DNA of 64,000 bases from Raillietiella orientalis. Its lineage: Eukaryota. Where the stretch lies: positions 930,001 through 994,000 of the forward strand of contig JAYWIR010000040.1 in the NCBI GenBank assembly GCA_036172245.1, written 5' to 3'. Positions within the stretch are counted from its first letter, which is position 1. Every line of letters begins with the position of its first letter. A program made the position numbers and the translations under genes. The notes beneath the pieces are model-generated. The model was given only the letters and a program-made list of their open reading frames with translations, was not told the origin of the DNA and did no database searches. Shown here in pieces: positions 60,001 to 64,000 of the stretch.

Positions 60001-61028
60001 GACGGACGGCGATGTGCGTTCCTGGCGCCACGCCTCCCTGCAGTGCGTCCCGGAGGCGCACAGCAAGTCCGCCTTGACAGACTCGCTGGAGAGGGTCGAC
60101 GCCTCGGAGGGGACCTGGGGTCTGGAGACCGTCGAGGCAGCCTCGGGCACCGCCCCTGTCCCGCTGCGAGACCAGCACACCTGGACGGGAGTCGAACCCG
60201 AGACGCGCTGGGCACTGCTCACGCAGGTGGAAGGCGACGGCGCGCCCGAGCCGATAGACTGCCTCGAGGCGACGGCTCTGCGACGCGACCGCGTGTCCGT
60301 CGTGCAGGCCCTCAGGACAGTCCGGGAGTCGGAATTCGCGGGAAGACCCGCCGCTCCTCCTCTGCCCAGCAGCCTACCCACGCAGACCAGCGCCGCCAGG
60401 CTCTACGAGATGCCCGAGTTCAGGAAAGAGGTTCGTCCCTTGCCCGGTTGAGGGTGGGAATGGACAGGGGAGGGAAGGGCTGCGCCAGAGAAGGGGAGAG
60501 GGGGAAGAAAACTCGCACCATGGTGCACACTTGTTGATCTCAGGTCAGCCTGACCTTCGGGAAGACTAAGAGGTCCCCCGTCGCCACCGCTACGGCTGCC
60601 ACTGCGCAAGAAGGCAAGCGCGCGAGGGCGCGCCCGATCCCGGAACAGGAGGAAGAACTCCGGGAGGAAGTTGCGAGGCTGAGGAAGCAGCTGGAAGGAG
60701 CGGACGCCGCGTGCCGGAAGAAGCTCGACGCCCTCCTCCGGGGGTCGCTGCTGGCGCGGAAAGACGAGTCGCTCCTCAGGGAGCGCCTGGAGCAGCAGCG
60801 GGCTGCGAAGGAGGACCTCATGCCCGTCTCCGTGAGGTTCCAGGCGAGTGCCGCACCCGCAGAGCGCTAACGAGGGGCAAGAGAAGAGCAAGGAAGGCCT
60901 TTTCCTCCTTCGTTCTTGATCCTTGTCCATCCGCGCTCACTGACCAGACTCCCACTTCTTTCTTCCAGGATGAACGCCCTCTCGGCATGTTTCCCGAGAT
61001 CACAAAGGCGGAGCGTCGCGCCAACCTG
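38642..61028 (+). CDS. C10orf67: Giant (>=~5,900 aa) alpha-helical/coiled-coil protein, C10orf67/DUF4709-like. Exons: 38642-39021, 39343-39463, 40744-40835, 41000-41153, 41933-42154, 42225-42339, 42886-43004, 43532-59114, 59871-60430, 60544-60831, 60969-61028. The last exon(s) beyond 61100 are unresolved
   Basis: All ten junctions are GT-AG and phase-consistent, and the 5203-aa ORF is in frame with the acceptor at 43531. Exons 2-4 (GRLHVGLPYVNESMQTDIDQIVDLK...FDEELQ...EEEYKKRVEEVRRSCRQQLADCVARLAAMY) match the DUF4709 pattern recalled for C10orf67 (QTD..EI...QQLADA.A....MY). Exon 10 (LRKQLE....CRKKLDALL..LLARKDESLLRERL) matches the recalled C-terminal EKKF.IL..S.HALK.E motif. The family assignment is from memory; the gene structure is read from the sequence. 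Confidence 0.8.
41440..41830 (+). mobile_element. Highly decayed 3' fragment of the Tx1-like family inside an intron of the giant gene
   Basis: cacttggtgtccaagaccctgaggatgctccgggag resembles the family ORF2 end (acttgccgacaccctgaaaaggatgctgaggag). GPCNG resembles LPCNA. Confidence 0.35.
44090..44740 (+). repeat. Purine-rich coding low-complexity repeat encoding an E/R/K single-alpha-helix-like segment
   Basis: ~650 nt almost entirely A/G, with alternating E4-6 and (R/K)4 blocks (EEEEMERKRRKEERRRR...) in degenerate ~20-25-aa units. Confidence 0.9.
57842..57916 (+). repeat. (GAGAAG)n coding microsatellite (EK repeat) within the giant exon
   Basis: gaggagaaggaggagaaggagaaggaggaggagaaggagaaggagaag... 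translates to EEKEEKEKEEEKEKEKEKEKEKEKE. Confidence 0.9.
59440..59760 (-). mobile_element. Decayed Tx1-like 3' fragment in the intron after the giant exon
   Basis: Patches cgggaaggga, cagagcgctgct and ggagggacggaatcacgaattgggaagaagga parallel 35615-35960 in the same order. Confidence 0.3.
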
Positions 61029-64000
61029 GTAAGAGCTGCTGCTGCTTTCGCAGATCCTTTTCCTCCATTTCTCTCCGTTCCCCCTTCCCTCGGCTCCCAG
61101 CGTGGCTTCTGCGCCCACTCGGAGAGGGGGCGAAAAGCCGGAAGCTGTCCTTCGAAGCGGTGGCAGCGGCTCGTAGGCGGCAGGGGAAGAACGAGGGGGA
61201 TGGGACAGCGACGGAACAAACAAAGCGATCCCAAACCTGGGGCAGCTCGGTCGAGTCCTTCCCGCTACCAATCTTTACCAATCCACCATTTCTCGGGGAG
61301 GATCCGCTGTCCGCCCAAGGCGTCCTCGAGCTCGGATCCCGGCAACGCCACACCAAAAGGGAAGGACGAAAGGAGTACCGTCCCGTAGATGAGGATCTTC
61401 CATCTCTGCATCCTTTCCCTTTCCTTCCCTCTAACTTCGTTCTCCCTTGCTTCGTCGTCGCCCTTTTCCTGCGACCCCTTCCCATCCCCTGGGGAAGTTT
61501 CCTAAGCAGACTTGCAAGTGGGGGTTCCCTCTCCGTTTCAGCTGTCCGTGTTCCTGGCCAGCGAAGTTCCTCGGGGAAGCTGCACTGGAAGGAGGACTCC
61601 CGCCCGAGGCGGGAAGTGGCAGGGAGCGGTCACTTCCGCAAAGTTCAAGTCGAAGACCTCGCAAACCCCGTCAGGCTTCTGAGGTCCTCCCAACCCATCC
61701 TAAGACACTCCTTCAACGGCGGCGCCTCTCCCCCCCCTCGACCTTGCAGACGCCCTCCCGTCAGACCTCTCCTGGCTGCACTGCTGCCTCTCACGCAGTT
61801 CGAACTCTGCCGCCGGCTGGCCCGGGAGCAACGCCCACGCCAATAAACCAGTCGACCTGCATCCGACACTCCCTTGCGAGGTGATGGCGGTTGGGGCGCT
61901 GCTGCTTCCGGGAGGATGGCAGGTGGAAGTGGGAGGAAGCAGAGGGTTTGCGAGGAGCAGTACTTTATTATTCTTCCTGTCCGAGAGGCTGATTTCCCTC
62001 CTCCCATTTCTGCAGCTTTCCGCCATCAGGAGAGGTGAGACGAAAATGGAAGAGTCGAATTCTCCGTTGCGGCGTAGCGCATTTTTCCTGCTCGTCGGTG
62101 GACTAGAGTTCGCTCTCCATGAAGGGTGTGGTCACTGTACCGTCTGATGCACAGGAGCTGAGGTTGGAAAATCTTGAAAGGGCTCTGGTGCAGTGTGGAA
62201 GCAGGAGTCGCATCTCCTAGTTCACGGTCCAGGCGGGAAGCGGTTCCCGAGTCGCTACAGCAGACGGACCGCTTCTTACGCTCGAACCCGCCTAGGGGCT
62301 GCGCTCCCGGCCAATTCCCCGTACGCCAAATCGAATGGACGATTCGAAGGCGCAGACCTTCAGGCGGAAGGTGGCGCGCGCAAATGCGGACGTGCGAAAT
62401 CATCTCGAAGAGAATGCGGAAGCTTTATTTTCGTCCACTCGGTTTCCTTAGTGATTTTGATCTCGGATCTTGTCTCGATTCTTGATTTTTCGGGGCTTTG
62501 CTCTCTTCCAACTGTTCGCTCTTCTGATTTCTATGAGGAGCGAATTGCTGGTGAATTCTCTTGAGATGACCACAAGGTAGCTCGGATTTCGTGTTTTGAT
62601 TCTGGTCTTTGATGACTTCCCGGAAAATAGTACAGAGTATGATTGTTTCTGTTCTGAGAAGAAGGAAACACCGTACAATTCGTTGTTTTCTTCCGGATTC
62701 GCAGGCCTTGTCGTCAGCAAAACGGTCTCGTTGCCCGGAGGCTGCAGAGAGGAAGTAGGCGAGTTTAGGGATTGGTTGCATTATTTGAACCGCAAGTGAT
62801 CATTGCAAGCAAGCCGCAGATTTGTGAAACTTCCCGAATAGGTAGAGGGAGGAGCCACAGCTTCCTGTGGCTGCTCCCAGAAGAAAGGCACGCAACTTAC
62901 AACCACTTCGACGAAATCCATGGTTTCCGTAGGCAAGCAAATGAGTTTGTTTGAAATCAGAGTAGTTTTTCCGTAACCAAGGACAACTTTGCGTTCTGGC
63001 AGCGGCAGCACTTCCATCACGACGTCCAATTCCTCGTTAGCAACGTCCCACGTCAATTTCAGGCTCCGAATTGCAAACGCACTATGCTCGAACTCTTTTT
63101 CCAGGCTCCTCAACGAAAACCTGGATGCGAATGAAAGGGATTAGGAAACTGCGGGAGCTCGGTCGATGTTTCCCCAGGGAAGCGGTCGCACTTTCTTTCC
63201 CGCAAAGAGTCGGTCCCGGGAGGAAAGGGTGTTGTCCAGACCGCGTTCCCCACTCTTCATGCAAGAACAGCTCGCATAGGAAACCTCCCGTCCCCCGTGG
63301 GAGAGCTCCCAAGCAGTGACCAGGAAGGCTTCGTGCCCGAACGTCAGCACGACCTGCGTTGCTCCTCGCGAATAGAAAGCAACGCTGGTGGTCAGCAAAG
63401 AATTCCCCTCAGCAACGTCGCCGGACAACGCCGGAAAGTCGGAGATTCCAACCGAACCGCTCTCACCTTTTCGTTCTTAAGGCATCTTCGATCTCTACAA
63501 ATCCCCGTGGGCTGTCCTCGGAAGGTAGGTCGCACGTGTTTCGCGAGATTGTCGTTCTGTTCACGGTGATTCTCACGGCGAAGTGTCCCTGCACAGAATG
63601 GAGTGGTCCATGTCATCGGATGCTGCTACGAGCGGGCGGGGTAAATTGCAACTCACATCACTGGAAAAGTAGCACGAGCCCTTTGAGTTGGACAGGGGCG
63701 TGTTATAAATCCCTCCGGGAGATACGGGAATGTCACAAAGCTCTTCTCGTAACGTCTCCTGTTCTCTTTCGGCGCGAAGAGGTATGCGTCGTCCATCTTT
63801 CTATCATCAAAGGAACAAGTTACTGGGCGCTCTTTGCGCAGATTTTCGTACCCGTCGCGCGGAGAGCGTAGGCCAAACGCAGGAGCACAGGAGAAGAGCT
63901 GCGATCACAGGGAGCATTGCCGCTTTCGTACAATCCAGCGGATTCCAGAGTCGGAGGGTGGCGGGGTGCTGCGATGGGATGGCAGGTGCCCTCGTGGACG

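Noticed and set aside
1..64000. CRISPR arrays, rRNA genes, prokaryotic operons or defence systems
   Set aside because: No regularly spaced repeats or rRNA-like sequence. Spliceosomal introns and eukaryotic transposons show the DNA is eukaryotic.

Overview
This is eukaryotic (animal, probably arthropod) genomic DNA, not prokaryotic. It falls into three zones. (1) 1-19.1 kb is a GC/CpG-rich transposon graveyard. It holds two non-autonomous piggyBac ends/elements with TTAA sites, a stack of degenerate Tx1/L1-like non-LTR retroelements, a Ty3/Gypsy remnant and a hAT transposase pseudogene. Several of the Tx1-like elements start with a tRNA-like (Pol III A/B-box) head, appear to lack most of the RT domain, and end in a conserved hairpin plus ...GTGACAA terminus instead of a poly(A) tail. 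(2) 19.1-31.5 kb is an AT-rich, CpG-depleted block with two divergently transcribed genes built with many tiny 41-60 nt introns: an intact HPRT (minus strand) and a six-finger C2H2 zinc-finger gene (plus strand). (3) 33.9-64 kb is GC-rich again. It is dominated by a spliced plus-strand gene of at least 11 exons (about 5,900 aa). Its small terminal exons resemble the C10orf67/DUF4709 family, but it carries a single 15.58-kb internal exon. A near-identical inverted copy of 244 bp of its first exon lies about 1.4 kb upstream. All family assignments come from motif recognition by eye and recall; no database searches were run.
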